NCBI GenBank assembly: GCA_965228855.1
Contig: CBDDIJ010000002.1
Span: forward strand, 992,001 to 1,056,000
DNA length: 64,000 nucleotides
Origin: Candidatus Obscuribacterales bacterium
GTDB taxonomy: Bacteria; Cyanobacteriota; Vampirovibrionia; Obscuribacterales; Obscuribacteraceae
Direction of reading: 5' to 3'
Positions 30,930-40,763 of this stretch are shown in pieces. The notes beneath the pieces are model-generated. The model saw only the letters and a program-made list of their open reading frames with translations, did no database searches and was not told the DNA's origin. Position 1 is the first letter of the stretch. Each line of letters starts with the position of its first letter. A program made the translations under genes and the position numbers.

Positions 30930-32048
30930 ATGAGTAACATTGAAAAACCTGCCTATCCTCAAACTTACGAGGAATTGCTGGCGCTCGCGACACGGCAGGA
31001 GTCTGTCATCAAGACGCTTAAAAGTACTCTTACTTTTCAGCAGAACAAGACTCGTGAAATCTTATACAGCATTCCGCTGGGCCTTCTGGTCGTCAATGAC
31101 CAGCAGCGCATCGAGGCGCTCAATAAGCTGGTGGAGGAATTCTTTGGATATCAATCCGAGGAGCTGGTCAGTCAAAAAATTTCGGTGCTTTTCCCGGATG
31201 TGACCCGTCTGGAGGTTAATCCAAAACCCGTGCAGGTGCTTGGAAAACGGAAAAATGGTGAAACATTTCCCGCGGAAATTTTCGTCAATGAGTACGATTC
31301 GCAACTAAACTTCGTGCATGTGCAAGATATTACGGAACGCGCTCGCCTGGAGAAATTGCGGCAAGATTTCGTGGCAATGGTAAGTCATGACTTGCGCACT
31401 CCGCTGACGTCGTTGCGCGGATTTCTAACTATGGTAGACGAGGGGGCATATGGCGAGATCTCGAGCCAGGGGCATCGAGCGGTCGAGCGCGCTCAATCAA
31501 GCGCCGACCTCCTTATTTCGCTGGTCGTCGATTTGCTTGATGCCGAAAAGATCGAAAACGGCGATTTCGAGCCGGAGTATCAGGAAACTACATCGGGAAC
31601 GGTTGTGGATCGGGCGATGTACGCGATTCAGGGAGCGGCTAAGGCTGCGGATGTAACGGTGGAGAAGGACGTCACCAACGATGTCTTCTGGGCCGACGAG
31701 GATCGTATCGTGCAGGTGATTGTCAATCTGGCTGGAAACGCGCTCAAGTTTTCCCCCGCTGGTTCTGTAGTGACAATCTCTGCGGGTCTTGAAGGCGCGG
31801 GAGTTGTGTTTCGTGTGCGCGACCGCGGACCGGGCATTCCGAAACACTTGCAATCAGCTATTTTCGAACGGTACCGGCAACTGAATCAACCAAAGGAAAC
31901 CAAGAAACGCGGTTTCGGGCTCGGGCTTGCAATCTGCAAAGCTCTCGTTGAAAAACACAACGGGCGTTTGTGGGTGCAGAGCGAGGAGGGCAAAGGCAGT
32001 ACCTTTTGCTTCTCCATCCCGCTGCTCGACGAGAAATATCGTACCTGA
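30930..32048 (+). CDS. PAS sensor histidine kinase
   Basis: SHDLRTPL H-box, NALKF, DRGPGI, GLGLAI. Confidence 0.92.
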   Translation: MSNIEKPAYPQTYEELLALATRQESVIKTLKSTLTFQQNKTREILYSIPLGLLVVNDQQRIEALNKLVEEFFGYQSEELVSQKISVLFPDVTRLEVNPKPVQVLGKRKNGETFPAEIFVNEYDSQLNFVHVQDITERARLEKLRQDFVAMVSHDLRTPLTSLRGFLTMVDEGAYGEISSQGHRAVERAQSSADLLISLVVDLLDAEKIENGDFEPEYQETTSGTVVDRAMYAIQGAAKAADVTVEKDVTNDVFWADEDRIVQVIVNLAGNALKFSPAGSVVTISAGLEGAGVVFRVRDRGPGIPKHLQSAIFERYRQLNQPKETKKRGFGLGLAICKALVEKHNGRLWVQSEEGKGSTFCFSIPLLDEKYRT

Positions 32049-34267
32049 TGGCGGATGCTTCCGAAGAGCGATGCTTTCGATGTGGTGGCACCACTGGTGC
32101 CTCTTCGTCCGGCAGTATCACCCAGTGGATTGCCGTTTGTAGCTGCGTGAACTCGCCCTCTGTGTCAGAAAACGAGAGCGTCGCCAGTTTCAAGATATGC
32201 GCCAGCTGCGGTAAGCGAGTCAACGAGGGGCGTGTGGGATCGCTGACCCAGTGGGTGTTCAGGCAAGATCTGTGTGCGTGCGCCCGGCCGCAGCCGGTTG
32301 ATAGAAAAACTGAAAGTTTCAACACTCCGAATGCTCCCGGGGTGAAACCCTTCCGTCAAGGCGCTGCCAAAGCCGGCTTTGAGGCTCGTTCGATTCGACC
32401 CGACCAACCGGCGTTGGAAGTCGACAGTGCAAGGTTTCCCCTCGACCGTTACACTCCGTTGATGGAAGTAGGCAAAGGCGGCTCTGGGACTATCTATTAT
32501 TGCCGTGACAGAGTGCTTGATAAAGTGGTGGCGGTAAAAACGCTGCATCAATTAAGCGCCGAGGAACTTTTGGCCTTTCAAAATGAGGCTCGCGCACACA
32601 GCAAGCTTACACACCCGGCGATCGTGAGAGTGAGAGACTTCGGTGCCACCGCAGGCGGTGTGCCCTATATGTCAATGGATTATGTGAATGGTGTTAGTCT
32701 TTTGCAGCTGATCGCGGAGCACGGCACGCTGGCTACAGCTGATGCAGTCGAACTGTTTCATCAAGTCTGTATGGGGCTGGCGCATGCGCACGCCGTGGGA
32801 ATTTTTCATCGGGACATCAAGAGTTCCAACCTGCTCGTCTATCGAAACGACCAGGGTCGCCTGTCTGCCAGCATAATTGACTTCGGTGTTGCTGTCTCGA
32901 AGGGTCAGACGGAGAAGGGCGGAACGCTGGTTGGGACCCCGAGATATATGCCGCCTGACGTGCTCCGAGGTGAAATTTACGACGAGCGGTCTGAGATTTA
33001 CGAGCTTGGTTGCACGATGTTCGAAGCCCTGACAGGAGACACGCCTTTCATTGGTGAGGAGTCCGTCGAGCTTGTTCGCAGGCACGCGGATGAACCACCG
33101 CCTACGCTCTCATCGCGAAACGCTGATGGTGAGTTTAGTGACGAGTTGGAAGAGATAGTCAAACGCTGTTTGCAAAAGGAAAAATCCGAGCGTTATCAAT
33201 CGATGGAAGAACTCGGCGCGGCGCTTGCTGCTTTGCGCCGTGAGGATCCGGAGTTCGATGATAGCGCGAAACCGGTGACGAGCGCAGCGAGAAAAGGAGG
33301 TTACGCTTTAGCAACGGTCCTTCTGGTATCAGCTGTGGTATTAGTGGTAAAGCTCGGATTTGCGGTTTTTGAAGGAACGGAGAAACTGACGGAGGAGAAG
33401 GCCGTCGATGTGAAGGACCATCAGCTGTTCGGTGATGTAATGGTCGATGCCGCGACCGAATCGATCAAGCCACGATTCGAGTCTCGTGATCGGAACGGGA
33501 AAATGTGGACCTACTCGAAAGGAGCTGTCACAAACGATAGCTTGGTGGTATTGTCCAAGCGAAAAGATATCGAGCGGCTGTCGCTCATGGGTGACAGCGT
33601 GGACGGACGAGGTCTGGTGTTCTTGCTTGAGTTGCCGCTTGTTGAGCTGGATCTCGAGGCCACCCAGGTGTCGGATATGGATATGTCGCTGCTAACGCGT
33701 TTTAAAAAACTGGAGGTCTTGCGGCTGGCAAATTCTGAAGTTTCGGGCAAGAAATTGTCTGAGTTGAACCGTCTCAACCGTTTGCAAAGCCTGGGCATTG
33801 GCGGCCCTTTGATCGACGATGATGCGATGGCGGAAGTAGCGAAACTGAATTCAGTCGCTGAAGTTTATTTACGCAATGCTAAAAGAGTCACCGCAGGCGG
33901 TATCGCAAAGTTGTCCGCCATGCCTGGTCTGGAGCGTGTGGTGATTAAGGAAGTGCCAATCGAGGACGAGATGCTGACGGCGCTTAAGGGGGTGAAGAAA
34001 CTCACGGAGCTTGCCCTTTTCGAGTCGCGACTTGATTCACAGATATTGGCGCCTCTTCAAGGGCTGAGGCTGCAGCGCTTGTATTTCCATAATGACCGAA
34101 TCTCTGATGATGCGTTCGAACTCATGAGCGGGTTTAAGAAATTGAAATCCATCGAGTTCGAGGATTGTTTCGGCTTCTCCGATGCTGCCTTGACGCGGCT
34201 TCGGAAGGGTCTTCCAAAATGTCACATCGATGTGGTGGTGAAGAAAAAGGTGCGCCCCACTATTTAG
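32048..34267 (+). CDS. Ser/Thr protein kinase with Cys-rich N-terminus, TM and LRR ectodomain
   Basis: GKGGSG, VAVK, HRDIKSSN, DFG, GTPRYM; LxxLxL repeats; ATG overlaps upstream TGA. Confidence 0.92.
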   Translation: MADASEERCFRCGGTTGASSSGSITQWIAVCSCVNSPSVSENESVASFKICASCGKRVNEGRVGSLTQWVFRQDLCACARPQPVDRKTESFNTPNAPGVKPFRQGAAKAGFEARSIRPDQPALEVDSARFPLDRYTPLMEVGKGGSGTIYYCRDRVLDKVVAVKTLHQLSAEELLAFQNEARAHSKLTHPAIVRVRDFGATAGGVPYMSMDYVNGVSLLQLIAEHGTLATADAVELFHQVCMGLAHAHAVGIFHRDIKSSNLLVYRNDQGRLSASIIDFGVAVSKGQTEKGGTLVGTPRYMPPDVLRGEIYDERSEIYELGCTMFEALTGDTPFIGEESVELVRRHADEPPPTLSSRNADGEFSDELEEIVKRCLQKEKSERYQSMEELGAALAALRREDPEFDDSAKPVTSAARKGGYALATVLLVSAVVLVVKLGFAVFEGTEKLTEEKAVDVKDHQLFGDVMVDAATESIKPRFESRDRNGKMWTYSKGAVTNDSLVVLSKRKDIERLSLMGDSVDGRGLVFLLELPLVELDLEATQVSDMDMSLLTRFKKLEVLRLANSEVSGKKLSELNRLNRLQSLGIGGPLIDDDAMAEVAKLNSVAEVYLRNAKRVTAGGIAKLSAMPGLERVVIKEVPIEDEMLTALKGVKKLTELALFESRLDSQILAPLQGLRLQRLYFHNDRISDDAFELMSGFKKLKSIEFEDCFGFSDAALTRLRKGLPKCHIDVVVKKKVRPTI

Positions 34268-34318
34268 TTGAGAGCAATTCTCTATCCGCACCGCGAGTTG
34301 TCTTCGGTCGATCTCGAT

Positions 34319-35458
34319 CTAATTGAAGAAACCGTAGAGTGCCGGTGGAAGTTTCGACATGCCGAAACCTAAGAGAGTTCCTCCGGCCAAACCGCTCGCT
34401 AATCCCACGCTCGAGTTGAGAGCGGTGTTGCCCAGGTCAAACGGCCGCTGATAATAGGACGAATTTATCGTTTCGTGAATCCAGGGACTCGCGGCGCTGT
34501 AGGTGCTGTATGGTACGCCGAACCTTGCGAATGCGCTCAGGTACTTGATTCCAAGACCTTGTCCTTCCGTGGCGATTGCTGTACTCAAAGAGCCTGATGC
34601 TGTTTTCAAACTTAAACCGTAAACATTGGCCAGTCGAACGGAAGCCGCCGTACCAGCCAGTTCCGAGCCCAGAGCCAGCGCTCCCAAAGCCGCGCCTGTT
34701 CCAAAATCGTAAACCGGATCGGAGTACTGATAGTCGGTAAGCTTTAGTGTTGTTTTGACCGCGCCAGTGGAAACCGCGCTGAGTCCGGCTAATTCTAGAG
34801 CGGAACGTGCGGTGGCTCCAGGAATTTTCTTTGCCAGCATTAGACCGCCCACCATTGCGATACCATTGGCGGTGCTATCTATCCAATTGTGCTGAGAAGC
34901 TTTGTAGTTCGCCAGATCTGTGACCGAGCGCAGGGCATGCGACTCCTGGGGCTCATAACGGGCACCGGTGAGCTCGAAGTATGTTTTTTGAAACTGTGCA
35001 ACGTCCCCAAGCTCTGCTGACTGCCTGAGCACCGTTAGACGCGCGTTTTCAGTCTCCGCCTTCGATGCGAGACTACCTCTGGTTTCTTCCGGTTGGACGA
35101 ATGATTTTATGTAGTCGACGGTGTTGCCGATCCAGCCTTGAGAGTCTAACTCCGATTTGATGTTTTGTTTGACAATGTCTTGCTGTCGCTGCAGATCAGT
35201 GACTGTCTCCATGAGAACGTCGTGTGTCGTTTTGCTGCTGTCAGTGGAGACCGTTCCGTCGTCTGTTTTCGCGACCGCGGATGCACTGGTTTCTGTCGGT
35301 TTGAAACCGGGCGCGCCGACCGCGAGCAGTCCGGCACCATGGAAACTGTGCGCGCCACCTGCGAGCAGACCGCCACCATCAAGGATGGCAGCGGGTGAGA
35401 CAACTTGCGGCAGCTGTCCATCAGCCTTCGAAATAATTTCGCTGGATTTTGAACCCAT
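34319..35458 (-). CDS. Hypothetical protein with Gly/Ala-rich hydrophobic C-terminal half
   Basis: 379-aa ORF, no recognised motif. Confidence 0.65.
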   Translation of the reverse strand: MGSKSSEIISKADGQLPQVVSPAAILDGGGLLAGGAHSFHGAGLLAVGAPGFKPTETSASAVAKTDDGTVSTDSSKTTHDVLMETVTDLQRQQDIVKQNIKSELDSQGWIGNTVDYIKSFVQPEETRGSLASKAETENARLTVLRQSAELGDVAQFQKTYFELTGARYEPQESHALRSVTDLANYKASQHNWIDSTANGIAMVGGLMLAKKIPGATARSALELAGLSAVSTGAVKTTLKLTDYQYSDPVYDFGTGAALGALALGSELAGTAASVRLANVYGLSLKTASGSLSTAIATEGQGLGIKYLSAFARFGVPYSTYSAASPWIHETINSSYYQRPFDLGNTALNSSVGLASGLAGGTLLGFGMSKLPPALYGFFN

Positions 35459-35695
35459 TTGGTTCTCGACTTAATTGATGATCTTGATCATTAGGGTTAA
35501 ACGTGACTGCATCGTTACCGATATGGCTGCAAGCTTCGTACTCTTCCCAGGAGCGGGTTTTTGAAAGACCGGAAATTGGCATTGATTTTGCGCATGCCGG
35601 AAGAACGTTTTTTCAAACTGTTCCAGCAACGTGACGCTGTCGGCGTGGTCAGATACTCTGTATAATCAATTCGGTTGGAAGCTTGGGCGCGGAAG

Positions 35696-36385
35696 ATGGC
35701 AAAAATTTTGCTGATAGAAGACGATCTGACGATTGGCGAGTCGCTGAAGCTGCAGTTGCAGAAGCGCGGAAACGAAGTCGAGTGGGTTGAGGACGGCGTT
35801 GAAGGTTTAAGCCGCTTGCGTTTTTACCATTATGACCTTGCGTTGGTTGATTGGGTGTTGCCGGGCCTGGCAGGGCCCGAGATCGTGAAGCAATACAGGA
35901 GTCATGGTGGCTTATCGCCGGTGATGATGCTGACTTCGATGAATGAGGTCAATCAGAAAATCGAGGGGCTTGATTCCGGTGCGGATGATTACGTCACGAA
36001 GCCATTCAATGTCGACGAAGTCTGTGCGCGTATTCAAGCGCTGCTTCGGCGTCCGGTGAATCTCATGCCGGCAACGATTCGGGTCGGCAGTATTGAAATA
36101 GATGTAGGTCGGAAACTTGTTACGCGCGACGGTGTACCGATTAAACTCTTGCCTAAAGAATTTGCGTTGCTCGAGTTCCTTTTGCGGCATGCCGATCAGT
36201 TCTTTGAAGTGAACGCGCTGCTGGACCGGGTTTGGGGTTCTGAATCGGACGCGACGGATGCTGCTGTTTGGCAGGCCGTAAAACGATTGAGAAATAAACT
36301 TGATGATTCTACTGGTGAATCTATCATTGTCAATGTAAAAGGCATGGGTTACAAGATCGACAAAAGCCGCATCCAGAGCGGTTAA
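35696..36385 (+). CDS. OmpR-family response regulator
   Basis: LLIEDD, LVDW.LP, GADDYVTKPF, winged helix GMGYK; TATAAT at 35661-35666. Confidence 0.92.
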   Translation: MAKILLIEDDLTIGESLKLQLQKRGNEVEWVEDGVEGLSRLRFYHYDLALVDWVLPGLAGPEIVKQYRSHGGLSPVMMLTSMNEVNQKIEGLDSGADDYVTKPFNVDEVCARIQALLRRPVNLMPATIRVGSIEIDVGRKLVTRDGVPIKLLPKEFALLEFLLRHADQFFEVNALLDRVWGSESDATDAAVWQAVKRLRNKLDDSTGESIIVNVKGMGYKIDKSRIQSG

Positions 36386-36595
36386 AAAGGGCGTTTCGGA
36401 AACATTGCCTTTAGGTCAGCCAAATGTCAGGAAGCGATCGCATACTGTTGCTGTTCGATGAATTGCGAGTTGCCGATGCGTTTGAAGAACGTTTGCTTAA
36501 GCCAGTTCCGCGCGTCATTTACTAATTGCAACTGCTGAATGTTTCTACCGCTCCACTCATTTTTGTCCAACGCTGTTGGACAGGAGGATACTATC

Positions 36596-37213
36596 ATGTC
36601 TAATTTTCACGCTTTTGAGAATCAAACCGGTAAAACCGATACGGTTTCGTCCGCTGAGAATCCGCAGTTGAATCTACTTTCCGCTATTGGCGATGGAGAG
36701 TGGATGACTGGTGCGCGTGAGTGGATCTCGGAGGAGTTTCGTAAGTTGGCTAAGCCAGAGGCTTTGCGTGACGACCAGGCAAACAGCAAGGATCTCAAGT
36801 CGCTTTTAGAAGGGAATAAACTTCTGCCTCACGTTGAATTCGAGAACATGAAGGGGCTTCTGGAAGGCGACGTGGGCGGTTTTCTTGCAGGGAAACAAAA
36901 CGCAAAACGTGCCGCCGACATTATCTCTGATGATAGCGATCTTGGAAGTGATACGCAGAAAAAAGAAGTAGCGAAAATGTTCGAAGAAGCCTACAGAAAA
37001 GGGCCGGAGGCCGTTGCGAAGCTGGTGAAGGATATCAATGCTGAACTAGAGAAGCGTGGCTCCGATGTTCGAGTGGGCGTTGAACAGGATTTTAATCCCA
37101 AACCGACGTGGGGCGAGAAAAAATACGGCAATGTAGTGGTTCGCAAGGATGGAGTTGTGGAGGATAGCGTCGCTGTCTATGAAAACAACCCGATGAAGCG
37201 CAATCTGCTTTAG
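36596..37213 (+). CDS. Hypothetical protein
   Basis: AGGAGG RBS before ATG 36596. Confidence 0.65.
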   Translation: MSNFHAFENQTGKTDTVSSAENPQLNLLSAIGDGEWMTGAREWISEEFRKLAKPEALRDDQANSKDLKSLLEGNKLLPHVEFENMKGLLEGDVGGFLAGKQNAKRAADIISDDSDLGSDTQKKEVAKMFEEAYRKGPEAVAKLVKDINAELEKRGSDVRVGVEQDFNPKPTWGEKKYGNVVVRKDGVVEDSVAVYENNPMKRNLL

Positions 37214-37347
37214 GTTCCGGTTTGCACCAGCAGCGGTAAGGATTATGGGGACTGCATTTTGCGGTCTCCATTCCTTCACATCGTTAGAGTGGTGTGGTAG
37301 CGTATTGGAACTTACTACAGCGCCAGGTTTCGGGCTGCGAACTAAAG

Positions 37348-39159
37348 ATGCGTCTAAAGTCCTTAAATCCGATTCGCAATCTCAAGGCTTTCTATAAAGC
37401 TGCGACCATCGGCGTCGTACTGGTCGCATTTGTAACATTGTCCGGGTTTCAAATCCTTTCTATGCAGCGGGAGGTGGATGAAGCTTATCGAAAAGATCGT
37501 GACATCACAGATGGTGTCGTGCTTATTCACCGGGCAATGAAAGCCGCTTATGATGCGCTTCGCGAAATTGTTTATTATGAAACAGATCCTGCCAGTGCGG
37601 GCAAGAATTATGAGCAACGGTTTCAAAAAAGAATTGTGGAGCTTAGCGAACTTGAGGGTCAATTGGCACGCCAGAGAGCCACGAAGCAAACAAATTTGAA
37701 GACGTTCATCGACGATTTGAAAAAAGAGTTGGGAAAAGTAAATGAGCTAGCCAATGTTCCATACGAGTCGTTTACAAAGATAATGGCTGTTCAACGAGCT
37801 TCCTATTTAGGGCATGAGCTGACGCGTATTACTGAAAAGATGCTTGCGGAGCAGGAGCGCATGAGTGTTAAAACGCGGAAGGAACTCGATGAAAAGCGCG
37901 ATAAATTGCGGAATACAGTTATCTTTGAATTTGCCTCCGGTGTCAGTCTGGTGGTATTGCTGGTGGTGATATTCAGTTTTGATCAATTGATTCAACTCAA
38001 CATAATGATGGCGAACTCCAATCGGTTTGCGCGAGGTGAGGAGCTGCTTCCGCAGGTTCCCGGCTCCGATGAGTTTGCGCAGTTGGATGAAACGTTTCAC
38101 TCAATGGTTGCGTCGATCAATGCGCTCACGGAGCGCGAGAAAGCAGTGTTTCGCAACACGACCGATCTGATTTTTGTTCTGGATGGTACCTTCCGCGTGA
38201 CGTTTATCAACGACGCAAGCCGCTCTATGCTGGGGATTGCGCCCGAGGACTTGTTGCAGGTTTCGGTCGTCGAATGGAGTGGCACTATCGTTAAATCGCT
38301 TGAGAAGTGCGTCGAGCTGGAGAATTTTACGTTTGAAGAATTGTTGAAAGGCGCCGATGGGCAGGTTGCCGAAGTGGAGATTTCCGCGCACTGGTCTGAG
38401 CGGGATCGGTCGTTTTACTGCGTAGGGCATGATATCGGGTCGCGCAAAGAGCTCGAGCGCATGAAACAGGGTTTTCTGGCGATGGTGACTCATGATTTGC
38501 GCAGTCCGATTGCTGCCAATCAGTTGGCGCTGGAAATGTTGCTGGAAGAGCCAAAGATGGGCTCGTTGTCTGAGGATGGCGAACGATTGATTCATCGAAT
38601 TTTGTCGAGCGACAAGAAGTTGACGGCGCTGATTAATGACTTGCTCGATATTGAGAAATTGAACGCCGGGCAATTGAGTCTCGATATGGAGCTGGTTTCC
38701 TTCAACGACCTGATTGAAGAGTCGATTGGTTTGCTGGAGCCGCTCATCAAAGCTCAGAAGATTGAGTTGAAACGCGATGATGTGGATACGCTCATCTACT
38801 GCGACTCGGCACGGATCGTTCAGGTTGTTTCTAACATTTTTTCAAACGCGCTGAAGGTTTCAAAACCAGGTGATACCATCGAGCTGCGTTTCAGTGAAAC
38901 CCCCGAGGAGTCTATAGTTTCAGTAAAGGATAATGGTCCGGGAATTCCTATCGAGTTTCTTCCCATGCTGTTCGAGCAGTATACGCAAACTGGTGAGAAG
39001 TCGCTTATGAAGAAGGGAAGCGGCTTGGGGCTAGCGATAAGCAAAAAGCTTGTCGATTTGCACGACGGCGAAATCGTGGTGTCCACCGAAGTCGGCAAGG
39101 GAACCTGTTTCGAAATCCGCCTCCCCAAGCGACTTTCGCCCTCCAAGAACTACCACTAA
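37348..39159 (+). CDS. Membrane sensor histidine kinase (HAMP-PAS-HisKA-HATPase)
   Basis: Two TM segments, DEFAQL HAMP, THDLRSP, DNGPGI, GLGLAI. Confidence 0.9.
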   Translation: MRLKSLNPIRNLKAFYKAATIGVVLVAFVTLSGFQILSMQREVDEAYRKDRDITDGVVLIHRAMKAAYDALREIVYYETDPASAGKNYEQRFQKRIVELSELEGQLARQRATKQTNLKTFIDDLKKELGKVNELANVPYESFTKIMAVQRASYLGHELTRITEKMLAEQERMSVKTRKELDEKRDKLRNTVIFEFASGVSLVVLLVVIFSFDQLIQLNIMMANSNRFARGEELLPQVPGSDEFAQLDETFHSMVASINALTEREKAVFRNTTDLIFVLDGTFRVTFINDASRSMLGIAPEDLLQVSVVEWSGTIVKSLEKCVELENFTFEELLKGADGQVAEVEISAHWSERDRSFYCVGHDIGSRKELERMKQGFLAMVTHDLRSPIAANQLALEMLLEEPKMGSLSEDGERLIHRILSSDKKLTALINDLLDIEKLNAGQLSLDMELVSFNDLIEESIGLLEPLIKAQKIELKRDDVDTLIYCDSARIVQVVSNIFSNALKVSKPGDTIELRFSETPEESIVSVKDNGPGIPIEFLPMLFEQYTQTGEKSLMKKGSGLGLAISKKLVDLHDGEIVVSTEVGKGTCFEIRLPKRLSPSKNYH

Positions 39160-39796
39160 AGAAGGTAGTAAAAAGATTTGGGGCGAGATGGAGTCGGCGA
39201 GGCATTCTTGGGCGATTGCGTTCGTTGGCTGAGTCTGTCTTGTCTATGGGAGAGCGCCGATTTTTTGCAATTGCGTCATAGCCAGATAGCCAAAGGTCTG
39301 GGCGCTAGGTAACCTGAATTCAGGTATTGTCCTCTCCATGAGGGTTTTGACCCCAGAAATAGCACTAGAGAAGATAGTAGGCAAATTTGGGGCGAGATGG
39401 CGTTGGCGAGGCATTCTTGGGCGATTGTGTTCGTTGGCTGAGTCTGTCTTGTCTACTGGAGAGCGCCGATTTTTTGCAATTGCGTCATAGCCAGATAGCC
39501 AAAGGTCTGGGCTCTAGGTGGGGTGAATTCAGGTATTGTCCTTTCCATACGGGTTTTGACTCCAGAAATAGCACTAGAGAAGATAGTAGGCAAATTTGGG
39601 GCGAGATGGCGTTGGCGAGCCATTCTTGGGCGATTGCGTTCGTTGGCGAGTCTGTGTTGTCTACGGGAGAGCGCCGAATTTTTGCAATTGCGTCATAGCC
39701 AGATAGCCAAAGGTCTGTACGTTTGGTAGGGTGAATTCAGGTATTGTCCTCTCCATGAGGGTTTTGGGACGCTCGTCGAAGCTAGATCATATAGTA
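39154..39796. repeat. Tandem array: three ~209-bp units delimited by four TACTA-N7-TAGTA-type boxes, each with a central 54-bp core
   Basis: Boxes at 39154, 39363, 39572, 39780; cores at 39240, 39449, 39657. Confidence 0.9.
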
Positions 39797-39850
39797 GCGA
39801 GGTTTTGAAAAGGGAGGAGGCGCAAACCCGGGTGGGGTCTGCGTCTCCTC
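39780..39850 (-). terminator. Terminal hairpin (39814-39850) plus box (39780-39796)
   Basis: gaggaggcgcaaaccc/gggtctgcgtctcctc stem with short U-tract; AGCTA-gatcata-TAGTA. Confidence 0.75.
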
Positions 39851-39863
39851 TTGTTGCGCGCTC

Positions 39864-40763
39864 TTACTTGGCGCGTTTCCACTTGGACAGCACGGATTCC
39901 GCCTGTTTCCAGAGTGCGGCGCGTTCATCGTCCGACAGAGGTTGGTCGGAGTAGATCGCGGGCTCGTTGCCTGCCAGGAAGCGGGTCACGAGTATGTCGT
40001 AGAGCTTGTCGTTCTTCAGCTGCCCGGCCGGAATGGGGCCGATGCTGAATCGTGCGCGCACGATTCCGTCGAGCTCGAGGTGTTCCGCTTTCGAGCAGTT
40101 GCCATTCCGGATGAGACCGGTGATTGCGACTGCGCGCTCGTAGTCACGATCGACGACCGGACCTTTGACGCGGGTCTTGAGCCAGTGACGGAATGCCACC
40201 ACTGTCAGTGCCAGGAAGATGATGCTCGAGAGCGCGAGCGGGATGGCGTGACGAAGGGTGTACCAGAGAACCGGCACGCGCGGGTCCGCGCCTTCCATCA
40301 GCTCCTTGCGACCATCCCAGGTGTTGGAGGTGTAGAGCGAGAGCGGTTTGATCGTCAGATCTTGCCGCTTGTTGTCGACTCGATAGCTGACCGAGCCCTC
40401 CATCACCTGTTCAGGCTTGACGCGGAAGCTCTGCATGGCGAGAGCGAAGCGATAAACAGTCGAACCATCCTTCAGGTCCTTCTGCGAAACCGCCGGCTTG
40501 TCTGCCAGTTCGAAATCACCGCCGATGGACAGAGTCTTTGGGTCGACCACCGTTCCAGGAGCACTGCGCACGAACAGCTCGACCTCGATCAAGTCGCCGA
40601 GGTGGTGAGCATAGTCGCGCTCGACCCTGACGACGACCTGCGGTTCGTTCGATGCTGCCGCGGGAAAGTCCGGCCAGCTCGGTCTGGTGAAGAACCAGAA
40701 CGCGACGCCGACCGCGACGACGATTGCGAAAACCGCCGCCAGGGAAATCAGACGTTTCTTCAT
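39864..40763 (-). CDS. Membrane protein of the MoxR/vWA operon (BatD-like position)
   Basis: N-terminal anchor and second TM; translationally coupled to the vWA gene. Confidence 0.65.
   Translation of the reverse strand: MKKRLISLAAVFAIVVAVGVAFWFFTRPSWPDFPAAASNEPQVVVRVERDYAHHLGDLIEVELFVRSAPGTVVDPKTLSIGGDFELADKPAVSQKDLKDGSTVYRFALAMQSFRVKPEQVMEGSVSYRVDNKRQDLTIKPLSLYTSNTWDGRKELMEGADPRVPVLWYTLRHAIPLALSSIIFLALTVVAFRHWLKTRVKGPVVDRDYERAVAITGLIRNGNCSKAEHLELDGIVRARFSIGPIPAGQLKNDKLYDILVTRFLAGNEPAIYSDQPLSDDERAALWKQAESVLSKWKRAK

Noticed and set aside
36589..36605. Box-like TACTA-tcatgtc-TAATT
   Set aside because: Overlaps a start codon with no upstream terminator hairpin; treated as a chance match, showing that two-mismatch hits alone are weak evidence.
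39240..39710. Conserved 11-codon mini-ORF (ATG..TAG, e.g. MTQLQKIGALP) in eight of the 54-bp cores
   Set aside because: It follows from fixed spacing between the ATG-containing and TAG-containing half-sites; peptide sequences diverge, and the copies at 14713 and 57626 lack it.
39154..39796. CRISPR array (also considered for 51742-52100 and 62843-63332)
   Set aside because: Intervening sequences are near-identical rather than unique spacers, unit sizes do not fit, and there are no cas genes.
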